NCBI GenBank assembly: GCA_900769815.1 | Contig: CAAGID010000018.1 | Location: 23,080 to 87,079, forward strand | DNA: 64,000 nt | Direction of reading: 5' to 3' | From: Clostridia bacterium | GTDB lineage: Bacteria > Bacillota > Clostridia > Christensenellales > QALW01 | Shown: piece by piece, positions 29,756 to 40,272 of the stretch | How the letters are laid out: each line of letters starts with the position of its first letter | Numbering within the stretch: position 1 is the stretch's first letter | Made by a program: the position numbers and the translations under genes | The notes under the pieces: generated by a model | Seen by the model: the letters and a program-made list of their open reading frames with translations, nothing else | What the model was told of the DNA's origin: nothing | Databases searched by the model: none

Positions 29756-31876
29756 ATGGAATTTAAGCAGTTTAAAACGACATATGCCGGCAGAGAACTT
29801 ACTATTGAAACCGGCAAGTACTGCGGACAGACAAACGGTTCGTGTGTAGTTCGTTGCGGCGATACAGCTGTTATGGTATCGGCAACTATGTCAAAGCAGC
29901 CCAGAGAGGGAATGGATTTCTTCCCCTTGAGCGTAGAATTTGAAGAAAAACAGTATTCAGTTGGTAAAATCCCTGGTGGATATATCCGTCGTGAGGGTAG
30001 AGCAAGTGAGAAAGCAATTCTTACTTCACGTCTTATCGATAGACCTATCCGTCCGCTTTTCCCCAAGGGATTCTTTAATGACGTTCAGGTTGTTGCAACT
30101 TGTATGTCCGTTGACATTGATAATATGCCTGACGTTCTTGCTATGATTGGTTCATCGTTTGCTCTTACAATGTCAGATATTCCTTTTGCAGGACCTACAG
30201 GTTCAGTTACAGTAGGAATGATTGGCGAAGAGTATATTCTTAACCCCAATGCAGAACAGAGAAAAGAATCAAGATTACACCTTACAGTTTCAGGCACAAA
30301 AGACGCTGTTATGATGGTTGAAGCAGGCGCAGATGAGGTTTCAGAAGCAGAAATGCTTGAAGGTATCATGGTAGCACATGAAGAAATCAAGAAGATTGTT
30401 GCCTGGCAGGAGGAAATTCAGAAGGAAATCGGTAAAGAAAAGATTCAGATCGAACTTTACCACGTTCCTGAAGATATTGATGCTGCAGTAAGGGAATATG
30501 CATACGACAAAATCGTATGGGTTATGGAAACCTTTGACCGTCACGAACGTGAAGTTCGAGAGGAACAGGTTGAAGCAGAGGTTCAGGAACATTTTGCTGA
30601 AATTTTCCCTGAAAAGAAGCGCGAAATCGGCGATTCGCTTTACTATATCAAGAAAGAAGTTATGCGTAACAAGATTCTTGATCAGGGCGTTCGTCCTGAT
30701 GGACGTGCTATTGATGAAGTTCGTCCTATCTGGTGTGAAGTAGGTATGTTCTCACGTACTCACGGTTCAGCAGTATTTACTCGTGGACAGTCACAGGCTA
30801 TGACAATTACAACATTAGGACCTTTAAGTGACGTACAGGAACTTGACGGCATTGATGGCGAAACACAGAAGAGATATATGCACCAGTACAATATGCCCGG
30901 TTATGCAACAGGCGAGCCTAAACCTCTCCGTGCACCCGGCAGACGTGAAATCGGTCACGGTGCTCTTGCAGAACGTTCGCTCGAACCTGTAATTCCTTCT
31001 GAGGAAGAATTCCCTTATGCAATCAGAGTTGTTTCTGAAATTGTTTCTTCAAACGGCTCAACCTCAATGGCTTCGGTTTGCGGTTCTACTCTTTCACTTA
31101 TGGATGCAGGTGTTCCCGTTAAAGCTCCCGTTGCAGGTGCTGCTATGGGTCTTATTAAGGATACAAGAGAAGGTTCAGATAAAGTTGCTGTTTTAACAGA
31201 TATTCAGGGTCTTGAAGACTTCCTTGGCGATATGGACTTTAAGGTTGCAGGTACAAAAGACGGTATCACAGCAATTCAGATGGATATTAAGATTAAGGGT
31301 ATTGACAAGCCTATTCTTGAACGTGCTCTTAAGCAGGCATACGATGCAAGAATGCACATTATGGGCAAGATGATGGAAACTCTTGATGCACCTCGTGCAG
31401 AACTTTCGCCCTATGCACCCAAAACAATGTCCTTCAAGATTGACGTTGATAAGATTCGTGAGGTTATTGGCACCGGTGGTAAAGTTATTAATGGTATTAT
31501 TGCAGAAACAGGTGTTAAAATTGATATCAGCGATGACGGTTCAGTTGTTATTTACGCAGTTGACCAGGCTTCAGGCGACAAAGCCAAGAAGATGATTGAT
31601 GACATTGTTAAGGAAATTGAAGTAGGCGAAACTTATTTCGGTACAGTTGTTCGCATAATGGACTTTGGTGCATTCGTTGAACTTCTTCCCGGTAAAGAAG
31701 GTCTTTGCAGAATCGGCGAGCTTGATAACAAGTTTGTTAAGAAGGTTTCTGACGTTGTTGAAGTTGGCGACAAGATAATGGTTCGCGTTATTGAAATCGA
31801 CGATAAGGGCAGAATTAACCTTTCGAGAAAAGCGATGCTTCCTAAGGAAGAAAAAACAGAAAAGACTGAAGAATAA
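29756..31876 (+). CDS. pnp: polyribonucleotide nucleotidyltransferase (PNPase)
   Basis: The ATG at 29756 gives MEFKQFKTTYAGREL. It has two RNase PH domains, a KH domain (GGKVINGI) and an S1 domain (GTVVRIMDFGAFVEL). Confidence 0.95.
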   Translation: MEFKQFKTTYAGRELTIETGKYCGQTNGSCVVRCGDTAVMVSATMSKQPREGMDFFPLSVEFEEKQYSVGKIPGGYIRREGRASEKAILTSRLIDRPIRPLFPKGFFNDVQVVATCMSVDIDNMPDVLAMIGSSFALTMSDIPFAGPTGSVTVGMIGEEYILNPNAEQRKESRLHLTVSGTKDAVMMVEAGADEVSEAEMLEGIMVAHEEIKKIVAWQEEIQKEIGKEKIQIELYHVPEDIDAAVREYAYDKIVWVMETFDRHEREVREEQVEAEVQEHFAEIFPEKKREIGDSLYYIKKEVMRNKILDQGVRPDGRAIDEVRPIWCEVGMFSRTHGSAVFTRGQSQAMTITTLGPLSDVQELDGIDGETQKRYMHQYNMPGYATGEPKPLRAPGRREIGHGALAERSLEPVIPSEEEFPYAIRVVSEIVSSNGSTSMASVCGSTLSLMDAGVPVKAPVAGAAMGLIKDTREGSDKVAVLTDIQGLEDFLGDMDFKVAGTKDGITAIQMDIKIKGIDKPILERALKQAYDARMHIMGKMMETLDAPRAELSPYAPKTMSFKIDVDKIREVIGTGGKVINGIIAETGVKIDISDDGSVVIYAVDQASGDKAKKMIDDIVKEIEVGETYFGTVVRIMDFGAFVELLPGKEGLCRIGELDNKFVKKVSDVVEVGDKIMVRVIEIDDKGRINLSRKAMLPKEEKTEKTEE

Positions 31877-31880
31877 TTTT

Positions 31881-31917
31881 AAAAAGCCGATTAATGTTTA
31901 TTTAGTCGGCTTTTTTA
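31881..31917 (+). terminator. rho-independent terminator after pnp
   Basis: The arms aaaaagccgattaa and ttagtcggcttttt pair and are followed by a T-run. Confidence 0.75.
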
Positions 31918-31928
31918 TTAAAAAACGC

Positions 31929-31957
31929 TTGCCAAATATTTGGTAATATGCTATAAT
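31929..31957 (+). promoter_or_regulatory. sigmaA-type promoter of the rpsB-tsf operon
   Basis: TTGCCA is followed after 17 nt by TATAAT. A leader of about 100 nt follows. Confidence 0.6.
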
Positions 31958-32061
31958 TTTAAAGAATTCACACTCGGGTAGTGGGCAATGTGCTTGTTCC
32001 TTATAAAAATTGGTTAACGTTGCAGCGTATCTGAGGAGGAAAAAACAAGGAGGACATAAAA

Positions 32062-32823
32062 ATGTCAGAAAAATCAGTTATCTCAATGAAGGGCTTGCTT
32101 GAAGCAGGCGTACACTTCGGTCACCCCACACGTAGATGGAACCCCAAAATGGCTCCTTACATCTTTACAGAGCGTAACGGCATCTACATCCTTGACCTTC
32201 AGAAGACAGTTAAAAAGGTTGAAGAAGCATATTCTTTCATCTTTGATGTTGCTTCAGCGGGTGGAACAATTCTTTTTGTTGGTACAAAGAAGCAGGCTCA
32301 GGAATCAATTGAATCCGAAGCAAAGCGTTGCGGTATGTACTACGTAAACCAGAGATGGGCAGGCGGTATGCTTACCAACTTTAAGACCATCCGTTCAAGA
32401 ATTGAAAAACTTAAGAAAATCGAAAAAATGATTGAAGACGGCACAATGGAACTTCTTCCTAAGAAGGAACAGGCAAAGCTTATGAAAGAAAAAGCAGAGC
32501 TTGATGCAAACTTTGGCGGTATCCGTGAAATGAATGGTCTTCCCGCTGCAATGTTTGTTGTTGACCCCCGCAAGGAAGCAAATGCTATTCACGAAGCTAA
32601 GATTCTTGGTATTCCTGTTGTTGCTATTGTTGATACAAACTGCGATCCTGATGATGCAGATTATGTAATCCCCGGCAATGATGATGCTATTCGTGCTGTA
32701 AAACTTCTTGCTGGCACAATGGCAAATGCTGTTATCGAGGCAAACAACGGTGAATCATTCGAAGTTGAAGAAACAACTGAAGAAGTAGTTGAAGAAGTTG
32801 TAGAAGAAGCAACTGAAGCATAA
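32062..32823 (+). CDS. rpsB: 30S ribosomal protein S2
   Basis: It contains [10 protein letters not shown] and has an acidic C-terminal tail. Confidence 0.97.
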   Translation: MSEKSVISMKGLLEAGVHFGHPTRRWNPKMAPYIFTERNGIYILDLQKTVKKVEEAYSFIFDVASAGGTILFVGTKKQAQESIESEAKRCGMYYVNQRWAGGMLTNFKTIRSRIEKLKKIEKMIEDGTMELLPKKEQAKLMKEKAELDANFGGIREMNGLPAAMFVVDPRKEANAIHEAKILGIPVVAIVDTNCDPDDADYVIPGNDDAIRAVKLLAGTMANAVIEANNGESFEVEETTEEVVEEVVEEATEA

Positions 32824-32840
32824 TTTAGGAGGAAAATACA

Positions 32841-33491
32841 ATGGCAGAAATTACCGCTAAAGCAGTTAATGATTTAAGAATTAAAATGGGCGTTGGCTTA
32901 ATGGATTGCAAGCGTGCACTTGTTGAAGCTGACGGTGATGAAGAAAAAGCAATCAAGATTCTTCGCGAAAAAGGTCTTGCTACAGCAGCTAAAAAGCAGT
33001 CAAGAATTGCTGCTGAAGGTATCGTTGAGAGCTACATTCATATGGGCGGCAAAATCGGCGTTCTTCTTGAAGTGAACTGCGAAACAGACTTTGTTGCAAA
33101 GACAGACGCTTTCAAGGCACTTGTTCATAATATTGCTATGCATATCGCAGCAGCAAATCCTGCATATCTTAACCGTGATGAAGTTCCTGCTGACGTTGTT
33201 GAGAAGGAAAAGGAAATCATCCGCAACCAGGCTCTTAACGAAGGTAAGAAGGAAGCTTTTGTTGATAAGATTATCGAAGGCAGAATTGGTAAATTCTATA
33301 AAGAAAACTGTCTTATGGAACAGCAGTATATGCTTGATCCTGATCAGACAATTGAATCTCTTGTAACTGAAGCTATTGCAAAAATCGGTGAAAAAATTAC
33401 AATTCGTCGTTATACACGTTATGCAATGGGCGAAGGCTTAGAAAAGAGACAGGATAATTTTGCTGAAGAAGTTATGAGCCAGATGGGCTGA
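32841..33491 (+). CDS. tsf: translation elongation factor Ts (short form)
   Basis: The N-terminal UBA-like motif is [22 protein letters not shown]. Confidence 0.95.
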   Translation: MAEITAKAVNDLRIKMGVGLMDCKRALVEADGDEEKAIKILREKGLATAAKKQSRIAAEGIVESYIHMGGKIGVLLEVNCETDFVAKTDAFKALVHNIAMHIAAANPAYLNRDEVPADVVEKEKEIIRNQALNEGKKEAFVDKIIEGRIGKFYKENCLMEQQYMLDPDQTIESLVTEAIAKIGEKITIRRYTRYAMGEGLEKRQDNFAEEVMSQMG

Positions 33492-33501
33492 TAGAAAATT
33501 T

Positions 33502-33528
33502 AGGAACACTTTTAGTGTTCCTTTTTTT
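33502..33528 (+). terminator. rho-independent terminator after tsf
   Basis: The stem aggaacact pairs with agtgttcct and is followed by a T-run. Confidence 0.75.
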
Positions 33529-33545
33529 AAGTACGGAGGTTTTAT

Positions 33546-34268
33546 ATGGCATATAAAAGAGTTTTGCTTAAATTAAGCGGTGAAGCATTGGGAGATAATG
33601 GCAAAGGTTTTAATTTTGATACTGTTGCTCACGTTGCTGAACAGATTTCAAAACTTTCAGATAGCGGAGTAGAAGTAGGTATTGTTATCGGTGCAGGTAA
33701 TATTTGGCGTGGCAGACAAGGTAACGATATGGACCGTGTTGCAGCTGACCATATGGGTATGCTTGCAACTATAATTAACTCCATTGCAATGAAAGATGCT
33801 ATTGAAAAATTCGGTAAAAAATGTTATGTAATGACAAGTATTGAAATGGATAGTGTGGCTGAACATTTTTCTGCACGCAGAGCCAAAAAGTATCTTAGTA
33901 ACGGCGATATATGTATTTTTGCAGGTGGAACAGGTAGTCCCTTCTTTTCAACGGATACCGCTGCTGCATTAAGAGCGGCTGAAATTTCTGCTGATGCAAT
34001 TCTTCTTGCTAAAAATATTGATGGCGTTTATAACGCAGACCCTAGAAAAGATGAAAATGCAAAGAGATATCAGTCAATTCCCTTTAATCAGGTTCTTGCT
34101 GATAGACTTCAGGTTATGGATAGCACGGCAACTGCTATTTGTATGGATAACAATATTCCCGTAATAGTTTTTGCATTAAATGAGAAAGATAGTATAAGCA
34201 GAGTTTCTTCGGGCGAAGCACTCGGAACTGTCGTGAAAAACGATATTGAAACGATTTTTTATAATTAA
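33546..34268 (+). CDS. pyrH: UMP kinase
   Basis: It has VLLKLSGEAL and is otherwise typical of amino-acid-kinase-fold PyrH. Confidence 0.95.
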   Translation: MAYKRVLLKLSGEALGDNGKGFNFDTVAHVAEQISKLSDSGVEVGIVIGAGNIWRGRQGNDMDRVAADHMGMLATIINSIAMKDAIEKFGKKCYVMTSIEMDSVAEHFSARRAKKYLSNGDICIFAGGTGSPFFSTDTAAALRAAEISADAILLAKNIDGVYNADPRKDENAKRYQSIPFNQVLADRLQVMDSTATAICMDNNIPVIVFALNEKDSISRVSSGEALGTVVKNDIETIFYN

Positions 34269-34293
34269 ATATTTATTTATGTAAAAAAATTCA

Positions 34294-34322
34294 AAAAAGA
34301 TGCAATTATGCATCTTTTTTTC
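34294..34322 (+). terminator. rho-independent terminator after pyrH
   Basis: The stem agatgca pairs with tgcatct and is followed by a T-run. Confidence 0.7.
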
Positions 34323-34391
34323 TTGAAAAAAAGTCCATTATTTGGTATTATATATATAAGATTAAAATATATTATTTTCGGAGGATTTTTT

Positions 34392-34961
34392 ATGGCAAAT
34401 GAATTTGTAATGGAAGTCGAAATGCTCAGTGAAGAAAAAATGACTAAAACTGTTAACGTTCTTAAGGATAATTTAGGCTCAATTCGTGCAGGAAGGGCAA
34501 ACCCCAAAGTTCTTGATAAAGTTCTTGTTGAATATTATGGAACAATGTCTCCCATTGTGCAAGTTGCAAACGTTTCCGTTCCCGAACCTCGTATTTTAAT
34601 GATTTCACCTTGGGATGGTTCAATGATTGATCCCATTTGTAAGGCTATTCAGATGTCTGATCTTGGAATCAACCCTAATACAGATGGTAAGGTTATTCGT
34701 CTTATTTTCCCTGAACTTAACGAAGAAAGACGTCTTGAACTTACAAAACAGGTTAAAAAGTATGCAGAGGATGCTAAAGTTGCTATTCGTTCTATTCGTC
34801 GCGATGCAATTGACCAGTATAAAAAACTTAAAAAAGATTCTCAAATTACTGAGGATGATGAAAAGCGTGCAGGCGATTCAATGCAGAAGATGACTGATAA
34901 ATTTATAAATAACATTGATGCAGTTTCACATGATAAGGAAAAGGAATTGCTTTCAATCTAA
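34392..34961 (+). CDS. frr: ribosome recycling factor
   Basis: The ATG at 34392 follows a ggagga RBS. The product contains LGSIRAGRANP. The longer ORF-track start would span the pyrH terminator. Confidence 0.95.
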   Translation: MANEFVMEVEMLSEEKMTKTVNVLKDNLGSIRAGRANPKVLDKVLVEYYGTMSPIVQVANVSVPEPRILMISPWDGSMIDPICKAIQMSDLGINPNTDGKVIRLIFPELNEERRLELTKQVKKYAEDAKVAIRSIRRDAIDQYKKLKKDSQITEDDEKRAGDSMQKMTDKFINNIDAVSHDKEKELLSI

Positions 34962-34972
34962 TAAGGTGTATT

Positions 34973-35662
34973 ATGGAAAAAATGTCATTGCCAAAGCATG
35001 TTGCTATTATAATGGATGGTAATGGAAGATGGGCAAAAAAACGTGGGTTACCCCGTAGTTTTGGTCATAAAGTTGGCACAGAAAATGTACGCAAAATCGT
35101 TAAATACTGTTCTAAAAAAGATATTGGGTATTTAACGGTTTATGCATTTTCAACTGAAAATTTTAAACGTCCGCAGGATGAAGTTTCAACTTTGATGAAG
35201 CTTTTGATTGAATATTTCAATAAAGAAACCGAAGAATTAAGGAAGAATGGTGTTCGCCTTAATGTTATCGGAGATATTTCTTGTTTTCCTTCCGCGGTGC
35301 AAGAGGCTATAGCGAATGGTATAGAAAAAACAAAAGAATGTACAAAGCTTGTTTTTACAATTGCTCTTGCTTACGGGGCACGTGCTGAAATGGTAAAAGC
35401 CGTTAAAGATATTATTGCAAGCGGAGTTAAAGAAATTAACGAAGAAACAATTTCGGATTATTTATATACTTTTGACTTACCTGACCCTGACCTTATAATA
35501 AGAACAAGCGGAGAAGAAAGATTATCAAATTTTCTCTTATATCAGGCAGCATATTCAGAATTCTATTTTACCGACGTGTTGTGGCCGGATTTTGATGAAA
35601 ATGAGTTTGATAAAGCATTAGAAGAGTACTCAAGACGTAACAGACGTTACGGAGGTGTGTAA
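34973..35662 (+). CDS. uppS: isoprenyl transferase (undecaprenyl diphosphate synthase)
   Basis: It contains HVAIIMDGNGRWA and IRTSGEERLSNFLL. Confidence 0.95.
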   Translation: MEKMSLPKHVAIIMDGNGRWAKKRGLPRSFGHKVGTENVRKIVKYCSKKDIGYLTVYAFSTENFKRPQDEVSTLMKLLIEYFNKETEELRKNGVRLNVIGDISCFPSAVQEAIANGIEKTKECTKLVFTIALAYGARAEMVKAVKDIIASGVKEINEETISDYLYTFDLPDPDLIIRTSGEERLSNFLLYQAAYSEFYFTDVLWPDFDENEFDKALEEYSRRNRRYGGV

Positions 35663-35663
35663 T

Positions 35664-36506
35664 ATGGAGCTTTTGAAACGCGTTATAAGTGCGGCAATTC
35701 TTATATCCATTTTGGTAGTGTTTATTATTCTTGGCGGATATTATATGGTTGTATTAGCGGCAATTGTTGCTGTTCTTATGATGTTTGACGTGACAGGTGT
35801 ATTAAAAAAAGGCGAACTCAAACCTCAAAGAATCGTACTTTTATTGACTTCTTTGGCTATTGTGCCTGCCGTTATGTTTAAGCAGATGACGGGATACTTT
35901 TTACTTGTTGCCGCAGCATTTTCTGTTATGACCGTTTGCGTTATATTCAGTAAAAAACCGGATTTTAAGTCACTAATTAGCAGTTTTTTTGCTCTTGTTT
36001 ATCCATTAATGCCTGCCACTTTACTTGTTTATTTAACTGTACGAGATGTGGTTAATAGCAATAGGATAGGTATTATTTTATGTGTAGGTGCTGTTCTTTG
36101 TGCAGCACTTTCTGATACATTTGCTTATTTTTTTGGTAAGTTCTTTGGCAAAAGGAAGTTATGCCCTCAGATAAGCCCCAAAAAGACTATTGTCGGTTCT
36201 GTTGCATCATTCTTTGGCGGTGCGGTAGGTGGTGTTATTATGGGCTTGTTTTTGGCTGAAGCACTAGCAAAAGAGCCTGTTAACGCAATCGAATTATTAG
36301 ATTGGATTATTTTAGGTATTGCTTGTGGCGGATTCTCACAGATCGGTGATTTAACTGCAAGTATGCTTAAACGTTACTGTAATGTTAAGGATTACGGAAA
36401 TTACATACCCGGGCATGGTGGAATTATGGATAGAATGGATAGCATAATCACTTGTCTGATCGCTATTGTAGTTTATTTACAAATTTTTATACCGGAGTTA
36501 TTATGA
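35664..36506 (+). CDS. cdsA: phosphatidate cytidylyltransferase
   Basis: It is a polytopic membrane protein with the signature SMLKRYCNVKDYGNYIPGHGGIMDRMDS. Confidence 0.9.
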   Translation: MELLKRVISAAILISILVVFIILGGYYMVVLAAIVAVLMMFDVTGVLKKGELKPQRIVLLLTSLAIVPAVMFKQMTGYFLLVAAAFSVMTVCVIFSKKPDFKSLISSFFALVYPLMPATLLVYLTVRDVVNSNRIGIILCVGAVLCAALSDTFAYFFGKFFGKRKLCPQISPKKTIVGSVASFFGGAVGGVIMGLFLAEALAKEPVNAIELLDWIILGIACGGFSQIGDLTASMLKRYCNVKDYGNYIPGHGGIMDRMDSIITCLIAIVVYLQIFIPELL

Positions 36507-37642
36507 AAAATATAGCTATATTAGGTTCAACCGGATCTATAGGAACGCAAGCACTTGAGATTGTGCGTATGTATCCGGACAGATTTAAAGTTGTAGGCAT
36601 TGCCGCTAAGAGCAATGCTGAACTTTTATTAAAGCAAATTATTGAATTTAAGCCTGCTTTAGCGTCAATTGAGGATGAGAAGGCATATGAATCGATTAAA
36701 GACTGTATTCCTTGTGATACAGCCCTTATTTGCGGAAAAGAAGGGCTTACTGAAATAGCACAGATGGAAGAAGCCGATATCTTGCTTGTCGCTGTTGTCG
36801 GTATTGCAGGATTACCTGCGGTTGTAAGCGGTTTAAAAGCAAATAAGAAAATTGCTTTAGCTAACAAAGAAGCACTTGTTACCGGTGGTAAAATAGTAAC
36901 AGACCTTGTTAAAGCCAATAATGATATTATTTATCCTGTTGACAGTGAACATTCAGCAATTTTTCAATGCTTACAGGGCAAAGCACAGAATATCAGAAAT
37001 ATTATTTTAACTGCATCAGGAGGTCCTTTTAAAAATTATTCAAAAGAACAGCTTAATTCAGTTACCGCTACTGATGCCTTAAAACATCCTACGTGGAATA
37101 TGGGTAAAAAAATAACCATCGACTGTTCGACGTTGATGAATAAAGGTCTTGAAGTTATTGAGGCACGATGGCTTTTTGATGTTTCGGTTGATAAAATTCA
37201 TCCAATAATTCATCCTGAAAGCGTAGTCCATTCAGCTGTGGAATTTGAAGATGGTGCAGTAATTGCACAAATGGGCGAGCCTGATATGAAATTACCTATA
37301 ATGTATGCTTTTGAATATCCTGAAAGAGTATATTCGGGGGCAGGATTTTTAGATCTTGCTAAAAGAGGAAAGCTTACCTTTTTTGAACCTGATTATGAAA
37401 AATTTCCGTGCTTAAAATTAGCCTTTGAAGCAATACGTATGGACGGAAATGTTCCTTGTGCATTGAACGCCGCAAACGAAGTGGCAGTTGATTTGTTTTT
37501 AAAGGAAAAAATTTCGTTTAATGATATTCCAAGAATTATTGAGCATACTATCTTTAATGTCGATATTATTAAGGAACCGACAATTGATGATATATATCAA
37601 ACAGATTTATTTATAAGAGAAAAAGTAATCTCGGAGGTTTAG
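36503..37642 (+). CDS. dxr: 1-deoxy-D-xylulose 5-phosphate reductoisomerase
   Basis: The ATG at 36503 overlaps the cdsA stop. The NADPH motif is ILGSTGSIGTQAL. Confidence 0.95.
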   Translation: MKNIAILGSTGSIGTQALEIVRMYPDRFKVVGIAAKSNAELLLKQIIEFKPALASIEDEKAYESIKDCIPCDTALICGKEGLTEIAQMEEADILLVAVVGIAGLPAVVSGLKANKKIALANKEALVTGGKIVTDLVKANNDIIYPVDSEHSAIFQCLQGKAQNIRNIILTASGGPFKNYSKEQLNSVTATDALKHPTWNMGKKITIDCSTLMNKGLEVIEARWLFDVSVDKIHPIIHPESVVHSAVEFEDGAVIAQMGEPDMKLPIMYAFEYPERVYSGAGFLDLAKRGKLTFFEPDYEKFPCLKLAFEAIRMDGNVPCALNAANEVAVDLFLKEKISFNDIPRIIEHTIFNVDIIKEPTIDDIYQTDLFIREKVISEV

Positions 37643-37643
37643 T

Positions 37644-38714
37644 TTGGGCAGTATTCCGTTTATTATAATTGCCATTCTGATGCTTGGTCTGCTTATTCTT
37701 GTACACGAATTAGGGCATTTTATAACCGGCAGACTTTTAGGTTTCAAAATAAATGAATTTTCCATCGGAATGGGGCCAAAATTATTTTCTAAAGAGAAAA
37801 AAGGAATATTGTATTCTTTACGTGCTATTCCTATGGGCGGATTCGTTGCTTTTTACGGGGAAGATGGTGATGAAGACGACCCTCGCGCAATGAACAATAT
37901 GCCTTGGTATAAACGAGCTATTGTAATGTTTTCCGGAGCAGGCTTTAATATTCTGTTTGCTTTGATTATTACAGCAATTCTTACGATGTCTGTAGGCTAT
38001 TATGCACCTGAAATTTATAGCGTAAACGAGCAATCAGGTCTTTATAACGTTGCACAAAAAGGTGATTTAATTTATGCAGTAAATGGTAAAACTCTTGCCG
38101 ATGCTACAGAATTTCAAATGGAGCTTGAAAAAATTTCTGCTGATGCCGTTATAAACCTTACTATTTTAAGAAGCGGAGAAAAGATTGACTATAGTGTAAA
38201 ACGTTATTTTGATGCTGAAAGCGGCGGATATCTTATTGGTATCCAAAATACTTATGGAATAGTTGAACCCGGATTTTTTGAGTCAATTGGTCATTCCTTC
38301 AGATATAACGTTTGGATGACTAAAACAATGTATAAAACCCTATGGGAGCTTGTTACGGGTAAAATCAGTCTTGAAAACGTAACGGGACCTATTTCTACCA
38401 TAGGACAATTAAGCGGAATTGTTGAAGAAACAGCTAACAATGAATATGTGCAGGAGCTTAGCTTTAAAGAGAGAGCAGCACAAGTAATTCAAACGATAAC
38501 ACAGCTTCTTGTAATTATAAGTATGAATCTTGCAATTATGAATCTCTTACCAATACCTGCACTTGATGGATTCAGACTTCTTTTTGCACTTATTGAAGGA
38601 GTAACAAAAAAACATATACCGAGAAAAATCGAAGGTATAATAAATGCTGCAGGTTTGATTTTTCTAATAGGGTTAATGGTTGTACTTGAGGTTTCAAAAA
38701 TATTTACAGGGTGA
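37644..38714 (+). CDS. rseP: RIP metalloprotease RseP/YluC (M50 with PDZ)
   Basis: It uses a TTG start. It has HELGHF, a central PDZ-like region and NLLPIPALDG. Confidence 0.9.
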   Translation: MGSIPFIIIAILMLGLLILVHELGHFITGRLLGFKINEFSIGMGPKLFSKEKKGILYSLRAIPMGGFVAFYGEDGDEDDPRAMNNMPWYKRAIVMFSGAGFNILFALIITAILTMSVGYYAPEIYSVNEQSGLYNVAQKGDLIYAVNGKTLADATEFQMELEKISADAVINLTILRSGEKIDYSVKRYFDAESGGYLIGIQNTYGIVEPGFFESIGHSFRYNVWMTKTMYKTLWELVTGKISLENVTGPISTIGQLSGIVEETANNEYVQELSFKERAAQVIQTITQLLVIISMNLAIMNLLPIPALDGFRLLFALIEGVTKKHIPRKIEGIINAAGLIFLIGLMVVLEVSKIFTG

Positions 38715-38719
38715 TTTTT

Positions 38720-39772
38720 ATGACAAAAGAAATAAAAATAGGAAATATATATATTGGTAACGGAAATAAAATTGCAGTACAGTCAATGACAACTGCAGAT
38801 ACTGCTGACGTTGATGCAACAGTTGAACAAATTTTAAAGCTTGAAAAAGCCGGTTGCGATATTGTAAGAGCATCTGTTTATAATATGGATGCTGCACACG
38901 CTTTTAAAGATATAAAAGAAAAAATACACATTCCGCTTGTTGCTGACGTGCATTTTGACCATAAACTTGCTATTGCCGCAGTAGAAAATGGGGCAGATAA
39001 ACTGAGAATAAATCCGGGAAATATTACTGATGAAAAGGCAGTAAAAATGCTTGCTGATTGTGCAAAAAGTCATCAAGTACCTATAAGAATTGGAGTAAAT
39101 GGGGGAAGTCTTTCTCCTGAAATCAGAAAAAAATTTGGCGAAACTTCTGCAGAAGCACTTGTTGAAAGTGCAATGGAGAATGTAAAAATTCTTGAAGACG
39201 TAGGATTTTATGATATTTGCATTTCTGTTAAGTCATCTAACGTAAGAAAAATGATTTCTGCATACAGAATTCTTAAACAAAAGTGTGATTATCCTTTACA
39301 TTTAGGTGTTACTGAAGCAGGTACTGCGGATGTGGGAATAGTAAAAAATGCTATAGGTATTGGAACCCTTCTTCTTGATGGTATTGGTGATACTATACGT
39401 GTATCGTTAACAGGTGATCCTACTGAAGAGGTATATGCCGGCAAAAATATTTTAAAAAGTATTGGATTGCTTCAAGAAGGCGTTGAAATAATATCTTGTC
39501 CTATGTGTGCACGGACAAAAATCCCGCTTGAAAAAATTATTAAGCAAGTAAAAGAGGCAACTTGCGATATTAAAAAACCAATTAAAGTTGCAATTATGGG
39601 ATGCGTTGTTAATGGTCCCGGGGAAGCAAAAGATTCTGATATCGGTCTTGCGGGTGGTGGCGGAAACGGCGGTAAAGCAGTTTTATTTAAGTCAGGTCAA
39701 TTACTCGCAAGCGGTAATTTGGAAAAAATGACGGAGCTTCTTATCAAAGAAATACATAATTTTACAAAATAA
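38720..39772 (+). CDS. ispG: 4-hydroxy-3-methylbut-2-en-1-yl diphosphate synthase
   Basis: It has a TIM-barrel N-terminus (QSMT..T.D) and C-terminal Cys ligands (SCPMCART, GCVVNGPGE). Confidence 0.92.
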   Translation: MTKEIKIGNIYIGNGNKIAVQSMTTADTADVDATVEQILKLEKAGCDIVRASVYNMDAAHAFKDIKEKIHIPLVADVHFDHKLAIAAVENGADKLRINPGNITDEKAVKMLADCAKSHQVPIRIGVNGGSLSPEIRKKFGETSAEALVESAMENVKILEDVGFYDICISVKSSNVRKMISAYRILKQKCDYPLHLGVTEAGTADVGIVKNAIGIGTLLLDGIGDTIRVSLTGDPTEEVYAGKNILKSIGLLQEGVEIISCPMCARTKIPLEKIIKQVKEATCDIKKPIKVAIMGCVVNGPGEAKDSDIGLAGGGGNGGKAVLFKSGQLLASGNLEKMTELLIKEIHNFTK

Positions 39773-39794
39773 TCATATTCTTTACAAAAAACGC

Positions 39795-39823
39795 TTGACT
39801 ATTATTTACAAATAATGTAAAAT
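39795..39823 (+). promoter_or_regulatory. near-consensus sigmaA promoter
   Basis: TTGACT is followed after 17 nt by an extended -10, TGTAAAAT. Confidence 0.55.
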
Positions 39824-39855
39824 ATTACCAATAAATGTAAATTAGGTGATGTTTT

Positions 39856-40071
39856 ATGAAATGCGAAATAATAGAAACGAAAATTTATATTGAAAACGAA
39901 GAAGTAACCGTCTATGGTTTAGAATTTATATCAAACAATAATATATTAAAGCGTATTGAAAATATATTTTGTGAGTATGATAAGATTATAGAATTAAGAA
40001 AAATTATAAATGATAATCATGTAGATATAAGACAAATTGGTTATATTATTGAGGATTATTTAATAGACTAA
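39856..40071 (+). CDS. hypothetical small acidic protein (71 aa)
   Basis: It has a taggtga RBS, its own promoter and a downstream hairpin. I recognise no family. Confidence 0.5.
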   Translation: MKCEIIETKIYIENEEVTVYGLEFISNNNILKRIENIFCEYDKIIELRKIINDNHVDIRQIGYIIEDYLID

Positions 40072-40117
40072 AAAAGAAAGCCATTAGAGGCTTACTAATA
40101 AAGAACTATAAAAATGC

Positions 40118-40154
40118 GGCGATACAATTTAGCTTTTATTGCTATTGTATCGCC
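40118..40154. terminator. hairpin between convergent genes (probable bidirectional terminator)
   Basis: An 11-bp stem pairs ggcgatacaat with attgtatcgcc. T-rich tracts lie on both sides. Confidence 0.5.
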
Positions 40155-40272
40155 TTATTACTTTTAATTAAAAATTTTGACATAAAATTTTTGAAAGTGT
40201 TGTGACACTATGAAATATCTTTCCAAAATTTCGATGAATTTGGCAAGCTATACTATGATACACATTCTTAGT

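Noticed and set aside
34308-34391. N-terminal extension of the frr ORF.
   Set aside because: It overlaps the pyrH terminator. A ggagga RBS precedes the ATG at 34392, where homology to ribosome recycling factor begins.
36487-36918. A 143-aa ORF antisense to dxr. Similar long antisense or alternate-frame ORFs occur elsewhere, for example 15988-16497, 9228-9608, 9268-9723, 5323-5631, 28473-28841, 29731-30066, 30085-30390, 43568-43927, 44381-44716, 4470-4805 and 20274-20567.
   Set aside because: All lie wholly inside strongly supported genes with clear family motifs. They have no RBS and low-complexity or compositionally odd translations. They are typical shadow ORFs of AT-rich genomes.
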